Below, in pieces: positions 1-13,600 of a DNA stretch of 64,000 bases. The translations under genes and the position numbers were made by a program. Each line of letters opens with the position of its first letter. Position 1 is the stretch's first letter. The notes under the pieces were generated by a model. The model worked only from the letters and a program-made list of their open reading frames with translations. It was not told where the DNA came from and ran no database searches. The DNA is from Geosiphon pyriformis uo1 (lineage: Eukaryota > Fungi > Glomeromycota): the NCBI GenBank assembly GCA_016748015.1, contig JAAOMT010000678.1, positions 662,389-726,388 of the forward strand, written 5' to 3'.

Positions 1-928
1 AGTACAATCGCATCTCATATTAATCCGAAATTCCAAACCCGGATTTGCCAATCTTATTTCTGAGAATAGAGGAAGGCGGGGAACGTAGTCGTCTGTGTGC
101 GTTATTCGATAAAAATTTACATTCTTCAAACTGTTGACTGCCTTTGCAAACACTTCGCTTCCCACTCTTGGCATTTCATAAGTGAAAAAGTCTAAATTTG
201 TATCCTTTAATTTTCAGGCCTATGAAATGGCTGCTAATAATGAATAAACCTCCAGCAATGCTGTGCCCAATGAAAATTATTCTCTCTATATGTTCAGATC
301 TAGATAGATTTTTACGTAATAGATTAGGAAACTCTAACAATTTTTTTGCTGATACTTTCTTCGGCCAAGTTAAACTGTCGTTGAAAATTCTGGTCAATTA
401 ACGCTGGTTTTAGCTCGTCCGTGAATAATGGATGGCGAACAAGATTTTATCTCCTCTCTATCCAATCCGCTCGGCTAAGTTTGTTGCCCTTGAAAAACAC
501 AATTAACTCAGTTTGGTTTTTAGAATTTAACTCTGCTACTATCACGGCTACAAAATATTGAGATCGTTAAAAATGGGTTTTACTGCAAGTTGATTTATTA
601 AAAAGTAAATTAGATACCATAAATTCCTGGAGCTAATTCATCTTCATTTCCATACTTTATAGGATATGTAAGCATAAAAAGCATATTTTTTTGAATAGCT
701 TCAAACAGTATAGTATCTTTGTAAATTCTAGTTCTCTTGTCTTTTGTTCTTTAAATTTAATGGCATTTTAATTTTGCCAGCTGTGTTTACCTGTTTCCGA
801 AAAGAACTTTTATCATGACACACGAGAAAATATGAGATAGGATCTTTTCAATTTAAAATTTGATACACCAGATGACAAAAAAATGACATAATAAAAGCTT
901 GATTTTTTTTTATACTTTGAGCTTTCAT
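1..928 (-). pseudogene. L1: class-3 lipase-like pseudogene (runs off window start)
   Basis: Motifs YAFYAYISY/EDELAPGIYG, ELIVFFKGNK, GHSIAG, TYEMPRVG and THTDDYVPRLP...CDC lie in different frames. In-frame stops (WIERR*, AAIS*A*) and frameshifts are present. Intron 1 (548-617) is retained; intron 2 is missing. Confidence 0.88.
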
Positions 929-1059
929 TATGTTATTTTTAATAAATTAAGTTTTTATTAACTAATTTTAATACATTATACCATTCTAAAACAGATAAAA
1001 ACTTCATTGATTTCTTTATTTTTATTTTTTGCTAGTATAAAACATTTGGCCAGAGTTTT

Positions 1060-4000
1060 TAATATAAAAAGTCCTAGATTTTTGTGAAAAGAGTGGCCTA
1101 AGTTTTCTTTTTATACAGACTTATAAAAACAATTCTTAAAAAACAACAAGAATGAATTTGTCACAAGAGTAAATAAAGTGCTCAATTTGGTTTTTGGCAA
1201 ACTTTTTGTCAAGAAATTTTTAATAAGCAATAAAATAGCTTTAGTTTTAGAGTTTAATTATGTTTGAATTTACCAAAAAAGCAAGCTTATCTTGATACAA
1301 CATCTTAGAACCACATTTTTTTATGGATTTTATTTTTATATGTCTAATAAAAATACTATTATCTTAAAAAAATACTTTTATTTATTATTATTGCTTATCT
1401 TTATGCAATCAAATTTGTAATTATTTTTGACACATATAAAACCAATCAAAATTTTCCAAAACATAAACAAAAAACATTATATAATTATGCTTTTAAGACA
1501 TCAAGATTTGATATTATTAATAAAAGTATAATATGTACTTGGATCAATTAAAAATTAAATTAAGCAAATATTTATAAAACGTAATGTTTACTTTATCAAT
1601 AATCTTTTTAGCTATAATTTAAAAGTTTAAAAACAGATTCTATACAAAAAGCATTTGTAAATTAATAAAAATATTTTAAAAAATGTGTTAAAATTATTAT
1701 TTTTAGATGGCTTGCTTATTTTTTTTTCTATTCATAAGAAAAACTGTTTCCAAAACAATTATAAAAAAAAGTAAAAGAGAATTTTATGCAAAAACAACAA
1801 AAGCAATTTAAGAGAAAATCTTAGTCAAACCACTTTATTTTCAAAAAACTTAGAAAAATAATAGATATAGACAATATAAGTACATTTAATTTGTTTTACA
1901 GTCTTTAAAGAATAAAAAATTTCAACAGTTTAAATATAGAAGAAAATGATAAAAATATGTATAATAATTATTTTAATAAATTTCAATCATTATTTCTAAT
2001 TTTAAGTATTTTAACTTTTTTACCGAATTTTATTTCTAGAATTTTAATTAAACAAGATACTGATAAAGATATTGGTAATTATTACTATATTATTACAGCT
2101 ATTTTAAGCAAATTTTTAAAAAAAAAACATATTTTGACCAATATAAAACAATAATTAGTTTTTAAGCAAAAAGTTAAAAATCATGTATTGAAAGCTTTGT
2201 GTAATATTATTTAAGAGACCATAAACATAATAAAATTTATGTTGCTTTAAAAGTATTATTTGTTTTATTATGATATTAACTTTTACTAAAGATTATATTA
2301 TTTTAAAAAAAAGTTTCTTATAAATAATTTACATATTAGATGTTTTAATCTAAAAAGTTTTTTTTAAAACTATAATTTTAGAAAACACAACTTTTTTAAA
2401 AAAATAGTTTCAATTCTAAAAAATGTATTAGTTTTAATTAAAACTGAATTTTATTTTATGTTTACTTTAGAAACTTATTTTATAATTACATTAAAACAAT
2501 AATACAAAAAAGTCCAAATTTTTTGTGCAGATTAAAAAGAAAATTTATTCAAAAAATAGTGCTTTTAAAAATTTTTGGTTAATCGAATAATGATATAATT
2601 TATTAAGCTTTATTGAAAAAGACATATATATATGTTAAAAACATTAAAAAGAGTAAAAGTTATAATCAAAGTTTGCATAGTGTTATTTAAATTCTTCTTT
2701 AAATTCATTTTGTACCATCCAAAATAACACAATATCAAGAAACTTAATTGTAAAAAGCCAAAAAAACCAGATGAAAAAAGAACACCAAAGTTTAAACCAA
2801 TATTTTAAAAATTCAAAACAAAAAATATCATGTCTTATAAATAAATTTGAAATGATTATTGTTAATAACCAACTCACTATTTGTGGTGCAAAAAATTAAA
2901 AAAAAGTTGCAACTATTATTGTTAACATATATGAAAAACATATGACATAAAAATAAAAAGAATAAATGAAATATTACTGTTAATATAATATATTTGAATA
3001 TTAAAAATACAAAAAAAAAGAAAAATTAAGATTAAAAATCATTTAAGCTTTTTGTTTATTATAAAAATGCTAATTAGGTTAAGAAAAATTAAAAAAGTTA
3101 GTATAAACAATAATATTTAATGTTACATATATAAAAATAATTTTTATAGAAAAAAATCAATACTATTACTACTATTGCTAACTTTTTTTTACTTGTTTAA
3201 AAATTGTCAATAATCTTACAAAAACACAATTACTTGTTATATTTACTATTGCTAATACATATTAAATATTTTATAGACAATGCAATATTTTAATTGATAA
3301 TAAAAACTGAATTACCAATTTTCGCCAAGCAAAAAAAAACCAAACCTGTTACTTTAAATGCATTTTTCAACATTAATTGAATAGAATTGCTTATGAACTT
3401 ATATAAAAATTAATATTTATTAACAAATAAAATATATGTTTATTTAAGAAAACAAAACTTAAAAACCATTTATCAAGTCAAATTATAAAGCAAAAAAAAA
3501 CAAAATTAATATTATTAAGCTGATACTAATAAAGATAATTTTAGATAATTCATTAAACATAAAAGTACAAACTAAAATTTACATATTACAAATTAAAAAC
3601 TTGACTAGTATATTAAGATCTTTGCCATTAAAAAATTTTACAATTGGAATTAAAACAGATTAATAATGGTAAGAAGATTAAGAAATTATAGTAAAAATTC
3701 AGGTTTTGACAATTATTAAAAGCTAAAAAATGTAAAACAAGAAATATTAACAAAGTAACTTAAAGTTATTAAAATAAAAAACACTCACAAGTACCAAAAG
3801 TTTGCTGTATACACAAAACAAAATCTTATAATTAACAAAAACTACAGTATTATTAAAATCTCTCTGAATACAAGCCCGCCAAATAAAACTATAAAAAAGA
3901 ATTATATAAAAAAAAATAAAATTGAGCAGTTTTGTTGTCTTTTCAATTACTTTGCTTAACTGTTTAATTTTTTGTCTAAATTCAAAATATATAAATCTAG

Positions 4001-4880
4001 TTTTAGTCATCACAAAGTCTTTCTCTTTATTTTAAAAAAACATTTTTTTAGAATAAATTTAAGTACTATTGTAACTTCTATTGCAGTGTCAAAAACACTC
4101 AAATTTATTTTTGCTAATACCAACTGCTTCTAAGTTCTTGCAAACAGCTCTAATAATGATGCATCATATGCATTTAATGTTAAATTTTTTTTCTAAGTCC
4201 TACAAAATTACCATAGGGCTTATTAACAATATTACTTTTTTGAAAAAGCACTAAAAAAGACAGCAAAGAAGACACAAATACAGTATAGACAAAAAAATAC
4301 AGTAAAAAAACTAGTTAAGAAGAAACAAGAATAGAGGATTCAAATGAAGAGTGCATATGGTAAATTGCTGTTCAGAAAAAGACACATTCATTTTTATGCT
4401 TAGTTTTCTTCCAATACACCAAAATCTGTATTAATCTACTGCATTGACAATTAACAAGAAATTATCACCTGTATTAAAAAATTTGATCACAACACAAAAG
4501 CTATGAAAACGTAACAATTTTAAATGAATTCAATACTTCTAAGACTTGTTCATGCTGTTTTTTTACACTTATTTTTTTATCAAGCTACAGAATTATTAGT
4601 AGAAAGAAATGGATTGTTTATCTGCATGATGTAATAGAATGTGTTTATTTTCAGTGCCCAGCAAGGAGAATAAAGTACAAAACATAGGAAAAAAATGTTA
4701 ATATGATGGCAAATATTGCTCTTTTTGGAGCCTTTATCATCCTTTTGTCTGACCACCAACCACTTTCTTCTTTTCATTGCAATGTCAATCACACAAAGTA
4801 CAATCTTGCAAATAAACTCTTTTTAGTTATAACACCAGAATTGGTTCCCCGCAACTCCATTTGAGATGAATCGATATGCT
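1060..4880 (+). mobile_element. Hypermutated element carrying a Fanzor (TnpB-like RuvC nuclease) relic; recognisable part about 4040-4865
   Basis: FFRINLSTIVTSIAVSKTL at ~4044 reverts mostly by transitions to a GTDPG-type RuvC-I motif. Also SYKIT at ~4196, NEFNTSKTCSCC (RuvC-II plus Zn knuckle, 4523-4560) and IECVYFQCPARR..T*EKNVNMMANIAL (degenerate RDxNAAxNIA RuvC-III, ~4640-4725). Boundaries are approximate, taken from CpG depletion. Confidence 0.7.
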
Positions 4881-6862
4881 AATCTATATAAAATGTTTTG
4901 AAAAATGAAAGAAATTTTAAGGGTGTAGTTTTCACTTTCAAGATTCTTTTTCATCAAAAATCTTTTTTCCGAAATGTTTAATGCATCAAATCAAGTCACT
5001 AAAGTAGAAATATAAAAAAATTTAGTTTGGCTCGATAAGCGACAGTAAGTTGAAGTAAGATGAAAAAGATAGCATAGTGCCTTCAAGAGGGTAATTTTAG
5101 CAAGAATATTTAAGCAACTCGTTTTTGTAATTTTATGTCATCCTATAAATTTTCTCTTTAACTAATATGATAAAAATAGAAACTCGATCATTCAAAAAAT
5201 TCTATTTTGGACTATTTATCTACTATAGTAATAAACTTACTATTAAACAGACTTACCCTGTAAATTCTTTGAGATAAAATTTACTTTGTTGTAGAATATG
5301 ACAAATTCACAAGAAATATTTGTTTTGTATTTATCTCCCGGCTTAAACTTAAATCATCCTTATTTTTCTTTGACTGGTTCAACAATGCCAAATATACTAG
5401 AAAAAATTTCATTGGCTACAGTTATAGCAGGAGGAATAGATTAATAAATATATTTGGCGGTTGGATTTTCAGGATCGATTTTGATAATTGATTCAATATT
5501 TTGTTAATCAAAATTGAGTTTGTGAGCCACAATCAAATCAAGACTAAACCATTGAACTCCTAACTGATGATAACAAACCAGTATTTTTGTAATAGGCTCG
5601 ATTATAATTAAATAAGAGAAAAAATTTCTTTTTGAGAGAGGGGGATTAAATTGCTCTTTTAAAAATATCAAAATTTATTCTTGATGGTGATTAGATTGGT
5701 TTTCTTTTGGATACATCATTTGCTCCAATATTTGCATAAAAGTTAGAATGAAAATTTTTTTCTCATTCGAGCATTTAGAGGTTTTTAAAGATAGAATTAT
5801 TTCTCACAAATTAGTTGAGCTAAATACTTTTCTTGTTATTTTTGATACAATCAAGTTTATATTTCTGGTAATTATTGGTCACATTGGAACAATATATTAA
5901 TCGAATAAAAAAATTTCATTATTATCTTATGTGGCAGCAATTTAGCCTTTACAGGCTTATCTAGTTATTTCGATATATATTTATTCTAAACGTAATATTT
6001 TCTGATACTCGGGGGTACTAAAATAACCAATAAGCTTTATATAATAGAAATTTTAAATGAGACATCAGGGGATGTATTTGTTAGAAAATATTTATCATTT
6101 TTAAACGTTAATTATATACCCCAATGTTTTTATATTTTTTTAGGACAAAGTAGAAAACGGTTTTATTTAATTAAAAAATCAAAAAATAAAATAAAGTGAT
6201 TTTTAGATTAGTCTTGGGAGAAAATAATTTTCTCGGCTCGGTTTAAAATCATTTAAAAATTCTTCGTTTCTTGATATGAATTTATGTTCAGATATAAATT
6301 CTAATGAGGTCATCAGTTCGATTTTTTTACTTGCAATTTATTTAATTTCTCGGCTTTTGAAAAAGAAAATTCCTTAAAAAAGGTTGATTACCCATGAGAA
6401 TTTCTTTAGAGACAAGCCTTGTAAAAAAAATTCCCAATAAAGCCTTCGTGGTAAAAAAAAATTTCTAATTTGTTTGTTAATGAATTCGCAGGTAAAACAA
6501 TAGGTCTGCCTATTTCCAGTCTCGTCACAATGAGAAAAACAAAAAAACATCATGTGATGTTAAATAAATAAAATTCTTGGAGCAACATTATTTAGAAAAT
6601 ATATCCAGATACACGACCTCCTAAACATCAATATTTATCCAAGACTTCAGAATCTTGTTTGCTTGTTTGTCAAGATTACAACGAAAGTTAGAGGAACCAA
6701 TTTCATTTTCGATTTTCGCAACGTTTATGGATCATCTCATGAATAAAGATCATGAATCAAAAAAATTCTCCTTTCCATCTGTGATTTCTTTGATTTTAAA
6801 CTTTCAAAAATAATAAATTTGATTCTAAAGACTAAATATTCAACATTTTGAAGAAATTCACA

Positions 6863-8325
6863 ATGAAAGAATTGGTAGAAAACTGGTCATATTTGAAAGA
6901 ACGTCCTGAAAAAACTTTCATTAAATTTCGATTCTTGTTATTATCTCTTTGCGTCATATCAATGTTATTTTGCACATTAATGATAAAAACCTTTTTATCA
7001 CAAAACCACAAAAATAATCTACGAACACTGTACATCTCAGTCTCTAAAAGAAGTCTTTTTTATCATAAGGACTTGGAGACTTCTCTTAATAAAAAAATTG
7101 AAAATCTTGCTAAAATTAAAAATTCACCAGCACAATTTAAAGATTCAACCCTAGTTGGTTCTTTGCCGAAAAATAAATATACTGGGCATTCTAGTCAGAA
7201 ATTACTTATGACTGATGATTTATTTCTTAAAAGACTCGATACAGCTGCGTATTATGCGAGCTTAGCTTATTGCCTTACTGATAGTGAAGATGATAGGGTT
7301 TCAGAGACAATTTATGGTGAGCTCAATGAATATAAAAGGCTTGTATCAATCGTTTTGTAATTTAATGTTCTGTTCCTAAACTCATCGAATTGAATTTTAA
7401 TTTTAGCAAAAGCTCAAATAATAAAAAATGATTTTAAAGAGCATGATATTGTAATGTACATTCACGGAGTTGGCTACAATGATGCCAAAGCATGGAAAGA
7501 CCGAGAATTTAAGTTGATAAAACATCCAAAATTGGACATGAAGATTGATGCCATCTTTTGGGAGCAATGGTCTTTAGCGCATGAAGCGATAGACTCGAAA
7601 ATCATCAGGGCAATAATCGAGTTTTCGAGAGTTTCAAGATCAATAAAAGGGTTCAGTTTAGTGGGACATGGTCTAGGTGCCGGTAAGACTCCTTTGTGTG
7701 TATATTTAACAGGGGAAATTTGGGTTTTTTAAGTATTAAGCTTGTTCTAAAATGTTATTATAAACTTTTTTTGTATAGTTCATGCATTACTAACTGCGTT
7801 AAGTTGGAGTCAATCATCATTTGCAGTAAGATATGCTATTCAAGTCTATTTGTTTGGAATACCTCGTATTGGGGATCAGAAGTTTGCTTCAGCCATCAAT
7901 TCTTTGACAGCAAAAAACATCCAAGTTCAACGTATCAATTATCTGGACGACTATGTTCCACGAATTCCATTGAAACTTTCAAACCCTCCCCTAGTTCATC
8001 CTACAAAAGAATTTTGGATTTCCTCCGACTGTGCTTGTAATGGAAAACCAGAGGTTTACTGGTGTTTTGGTACAATATGGCCTGATGGATATATTGGTGA
8101 AAGTCAGGTATTTTAAATGAAAACTTGAAAATTACACACATTTTAACTTTGATTTGAAACATCTTGGACTCACATTAATTCATCTTGAAAATTTCATTCT
8201 AAAAGGAATGCATAAATAGTCAAACTTCTTTAATGAGTACGGCTCATAATGGACCTTATTTTGGAAATTTCATGAATGATTGCTCGGCAGCTTTGAACCG
8301 TATGAACACATTCATGCAGAATTAA
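6863..8325 (+). CDS. L2: class-3 lipase-like protein, nucleophile Ser>Gly (GHGLG), about 392 aa
   Basis: Exons 6863-7316, 7407-7682, 7779-8107, 8206-8325, all GT-AG and in frame. N-terminal hydrophobic segment; motifs YASLAYC, FGIPRIG, DDYVPRIP, CAC, AHNGPYFG. Confidence 0.9.
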
Positions 8326-8589
8326 ACTTTGAGCCGAAATTTTCGAAATCATCTTAACATAAGAAACTCATTCTCAGCTATCATTTCATCACAGCGTTTT
8401 CCCAAAAATAGTATAAGATCTAATTAGAAAAACACAATTTCAAAAATATCCGGCTTAAAAAGTAAAATTATATTCTTCGAGATCATATATTCATAATTCG
8501 TTGTAAAATCCTTAGGTTCAGGAAAATATTAAGAATTACCAGTCAATTTCTAATCATGTGATGAAATAATCGCCCCCAGAAGTCATTTT

Positions 8590-9100
8590 TTTAAAATTTT
8601 TATCGGGGGTCACACAACCAAATCTCGATATACACAAAGAGTAAACATCTCCTGATCATGAACAAAAATGTTTACCTAAATAATCAGGAAACGATTCGAT
8701 GGGAATAGTTGTGTTTATTTTTAAATCTTCAAATAAAGAAATAGTTTCATGTTTTGAAAATCTAATAATAAGAAATATTACATATGAGCGTGTTCTAGAT
8801 CTTATACCAACAAGGCCTACAATTAAACCAGAATTCCAAAATCTCAAATTCATAAAAAATATATAACTTATTTATGAATTTAATAATAGGAGGAAGCTCT
8901 AAAAAACCTTCTAATAATGAAATTGACTAATCTACTTAATAAGTCCCAACCTTTAAGTTCTGGTCCTGAAATTGTTCATTAATTCCAATAACGATTATTC
9001 AACATCTCTGATTGTGAAAATTATTCGCGGTAGCCAATATTAAAAGTGGAAAAAATTCTTGGGAAAGATTGTTTCTGGCTGGATCTTTTGGTATAGATTA
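8590..9100 (-). pseudogene. Unidentified decayed coding fragment between L2 and L3
   Basis: Protein-like translation interrupted by stops (IPKDPARNNLSQEFFPLLILATANNF...SISLLEGFLELPPIIKF; FWNSGLIVGLVG; SGDVYSLCISRFGCVTP). Family not recognised. Confidence 0.3.
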
Positions 9101-9329
9101 TACTTTTAACAGAAACTTTTAAATAAATTAGATTATAATGTAATTTTTGTCAAAGAAAAGACGAAATTCCGGACATTAATATTATGGGTCTAATTTCATA
9201 CGGAAAAATATATATTGGATTTTAAAAAAATTGATGAAGATATGGGTTTCCCCATAGTCAGATCTACAATTTATGTACAAAAATAAATATTTAATACATG
9301 AACAAATGAATCGTGAGAATGAGTTATGT

Positions 9330-10616
9330 TTAAAGATTCTGGCAAGTGCCCATGATATAACCAAAATAAGGTCCATTGTGAGCCAACTTCCCCAATTGTT
9401 GATCAGAGTTTCCGTTAATGCAAAACTATTTCAAATTGAAAATAACAAGTTTTAACTTCAAAAAATTTGTTTATGAGCAAAATTTTGAAATTACCTGATT
9501 CTCTTCAATTATACCAGCCTTGTAATTAAGACTCCGTCCTTGGCAAAAATAAATCTCCGTCTCTTTTGGACATTCACATTCTGACTTTATCCAAATCTCA
9601 TGTTCGTGATGCATCAGTAAGTGAGGCTTTTGAATCGGTAATCGGGGAACATAATCGTCTGTATGTGTCACTCGAATCAATGCAAGATCATTTAACAGGA
9701 TCATTTGATTTAGAATTTTTGCTAATTCTATATTTCCCATTCTTGGTTGACCAAAAGTGATGACAAAAATGGGTGGTAAATTTTGGGTCCTCTCAGAAAT
9801 CCAGCTAATTGCCGTCAAGACTGCGTAGACTTTTGCGAATTGAAGAAAGATTGCATGAAACTTGGAAAACTATGTAAAAGTTTTTAAAAGAAAACCCTCT
9901 TCACTTACCGCCTCCCACACTATGGCCGATTACATTTATATTTTGGATCAGATCACCTTTAGTGACCTCCCGAGATAATACTTGATCAAGCCTTTGTCGT
10001 ATATTATCCTTGGCTAGGATAAACTGGGTTTGAAAAACTGTGTCAATCAGGGCATTTTCGAAGGTGGAATGGTTAACCAGATGAAATGGGCGTTTAATCC
10101 ATTCTTCTTGGCTATAGTCCAATCCACTGATATATAAATTGATATAAACTAGTTGTTCACTTAGACGAACAAGTTCTGCTTTCGCTAAAATTAAAAATTA
10201 TTAAGCAAATCATTTCCCCTGAATCTAGTAAACTATAAATCTTTTTAAAGAATTAAATTTATTTTTAAAGTTTTACCACGAATGCCGGGTGCAACCTCAT
10301 CTTCATTTTCATCAAGGCAATAAGCAAAACTCGCTAATCGTGCTGCATTTTCGAGATGAGAAAAAAGTTCTGATTCATTCGAAATACGTATTCTCTGCTG
10401 GTTACCCTCTTCTGAAGGCTCGTTCGCACTCTGAAGAAAACTATTTCATGTTTCATGTGAGTGAAAGAATTTTTAGAATGCTTTCATAAAAATTAATTCA
10501 TTTTACCTTTTCGGAATGTTCCTCTTTATTTTGACCCCAATTGAAATATCGAAAAGATTTAAGAGGTAAAGTGAAACAAAAATACAAATTTTTACTCCTT
10601 TTGTCTTTAATATCAT
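9330..10616 (-). CDS. L3: class-3 lipase, triad motifs intact (GHSVG), probably secreted, about 326 aa
   Basis: Exons 10616-10507, 10440-10277, 10184-9909, 9829-9495, 9425-9330. Signal-peptide-like start followed by a KR site; motifs FGQPRMG, TDDYVPRLP, CEC, AHNGPYFG. Confidence 0.88.
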
Positions 10617-13600
10617 TCGAAAAATATGAGAAAGCCTTGATGTCAACGTCAAGAAAATGAGAGTATTTTTATTAGAGTTATTTTCAACTTAAAAAAAAAT
10701 TAAAATTTCTATTATTTGAGATTGCCCTAAAAATTTATTTTTGCCTTTTTGTTAAAATTTTTAATCCTCATTCCACACTTTCTAAGCGCGTTGGTTTTTC
10801 AATTTCAAAAATAATATATCGTCTCTAATCAAAGCAAACATTTTTGTAGTCAAGCACTAATTTTGTCATAAGATTTGTCCGAACCAAACAGCATGTCCTT
10901 AAGGTAAGTATAATTTGGAAGGATGTTCTCTTTTGGGAATTATGAAATGCTTTATTCGGTTGATTTTGGTCTTTTGAAAATTTTGAATCGAGCTCTAGTA
11001 AATTATTTTCTTGATTATTTATCAAGCTTGGAACTTAATAGGTTTGTTTCCATCGATCTATAAAGATAGAGAGAAATTAACTTTGGAACAAACACCGCAG
11101 AAAAGAAAGTTTTGACGATTAATATATGACTTATATTTCAAACCAAAAAATCTAGCGTCCATATTTAGTGCTACATAGCGAAGGTTATTAAATCTAGTTA
11201 ATTTTAAGTAACCTTTAGATTCATGTTTTCTTTGTTTGATAAACAAGATTGTGAGAGCCCTCTCCTAGCCAAACATCCTTAGTTGTCCAATGAAAATTTA
11301 CAGTGAATCATTATATGCAATATAAAGTTCCCACTTCTAGTCACGTACTGTAATTCTGAAATTTTATTCATCGATTAACGATGGGGATTTTTTATATTTT
11401 CCAATGATGGATATCAGGAAAAATTGTCCAGTTTGGTTGAAAGAACTCTGTAAAAAAAATTTGTTGGACTTTAGCTTGCAAAGAAATACCTTAAAAGATG
11501 TATGAACAAAATCACCCTTTGGCAAAGAATGATTTGCTTTTGCAGATTCGCATATTGAATTGGGCCCGATTATGTCTACAAAATCTGATATCTGATAGAC
11601 AATCTGGCTTCGTCTTGATCATGACTCTTGTAAATGTTCATATTATTGAAACCTGAAAGGTTGACAATTTTAAAATTAGGCTCTTTGGGTTTTTTGACAA
11701 TTAAAAAGATATTATGAAAACCCCTGAAGAAAAATTTTTAAAATAACGTGGATTAATTGCATTCGGGATTAGTGCGTAGGTTTACATATATGATTTGCTT
11801 TCTCGATATCTCGATATTACAAAAGGAGAAACCATATCCTTATAATCGTACTAATAGACTAACTCCTTTTATAGCGAGTCGAACTTTATTCTGTCATATA
11901 ATAAACCTACTCATTATTTATAATTTGTTGTGATGCCAGGTAAAATGGTATGTTAAAAGAGCCTACTTTCGGATTGTTAGAATTTCAACAATTTAAATTT
12001 TTTTCTGAGCTGAAAAATAGAGTGACGATATCTTTTCTCCATTTAAAGCTCTTTATTGATAGGAGTCAATGAATTTTGCAAAGTCATATCAAAGATATTT
12101 CTTACTTAAAAAGATTTCAAGATGTAGAATGAAATTTTTCCATCTTTTTTTTTTCAAATAAAAAACTTATCATATAAAAGAAGAAAATTTAAGCGAAATA
12201 TAAGAGCTCCAATATTCATTGGCAAAGGTTAATATGACCCTTTAGAATATTTTTCTTAGAAGCTTTAAAAAATAAAAAATTGATTGATCCCAAAAAGTAT
12301 ATCTGGTGTTAGAACTTTAGAATGTTTTAAAGATAAAAAAAGGAGTTGAAAGAACATTCAGAAAATTAGCTAAACTTTGAAAGCATTATTAATTAATCCT
12401 AATGATAAATGGAATATTTTCATGTGAAACAAAAGTTAATTCATCTCAAAAGTTTATTTAAACCATAGTATATTAGGATAATTCCTGAGAAAGATATCTT
12501 ACATCTTTAAATTTCAGAATTACAGTCTTTATTGTACTTTTCTCATTTACATATTTTCTTCTAATAACCAAAGTATAATGCAACAGTTTTTCTGTAATTA
12601 ATAAATCATAAGACCTGGTGCACCAACGTGATATGCTCGTTTATATTATAGCTTCTAACGATTAAAATAGCGTTAAAAATTTGGAAATCTTTTTTTTTAA
12701 ATAATTACTCCCTATTTGGCTTTACTTTATCTCATCTTGATAGTACTGCACCCGATTTGAAACCTCAAAACTTTAATCTCTGTTGATTCATTGTGATAGA
12801 CATTATGTTTTTGTTTAAATTTGTGATATTAAAAGGTAATTAAATAGACTCTGCTCTAAAAGCATAGATAAAGAAATATAAAGATGTCTGCAAGAAACTT
12901 TTCCTGCAGAAGTTCATTATCACTATGGGTCATAATACTAAAGCGTTTTAAAAAAAAGATATTTGCGAAATTGATCAGCCCAAATACAATTTTTTTAATG
13001 CCTTGCGAATTTTTCAAAAGGATTATACTTTCACGCTCTCGCTTCTATTAAATGTTCAATGAAACAAATATATTAAAACCATTCCTTGAATGAAAATTTA
13101 GGTTATATATTTGTTTTCTACAATAGTTTTTCGAGATCATGATAAATTTGATATTTCTATAACGGGAGCAAGCTCATACAATATCTCTTTTATCATTGAA
13201 TGTAAATATTAAAGGAAAAATTTTGCTCGAGACCCATTTCTATTTTGATTATAATCTGCTTTTCACCCTCTTTCTTTTGAAGATGAAATGATTTCCTTAA
13301 AGGAAAAGATATCTAAATTGTTTTTTAATTAATCTATGGGCATTAGATGATGAACTTTCCTTTTAAATAAAAGAAAGGGCGGAAAATATGATATTTTCAA
13401 TGTGAGGAACGCCAAACTCGCTTTTCGACACAATAAAGTGCATCGTTTTATTCACAGTTAATTTTAGTTAGTCTAAACAGTTTTGAAACCACAAACAGTA
13501 TCCTATTCGATGTAAACGTTTTAGGAAAGTCAGCAACTTCCATTGTATTTTTAACCTCCGGGTAATGTGCTGATATTTAGATCGAGGACACGTCAAAAAT

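Noticed and set aside
5250-5620. Minus-strand protein-like fragment (SIPPAITVANEIFSSIFGIVEP)
   Set aside because: Multiple stops and no recognisable family; cannot be supported as a feature.
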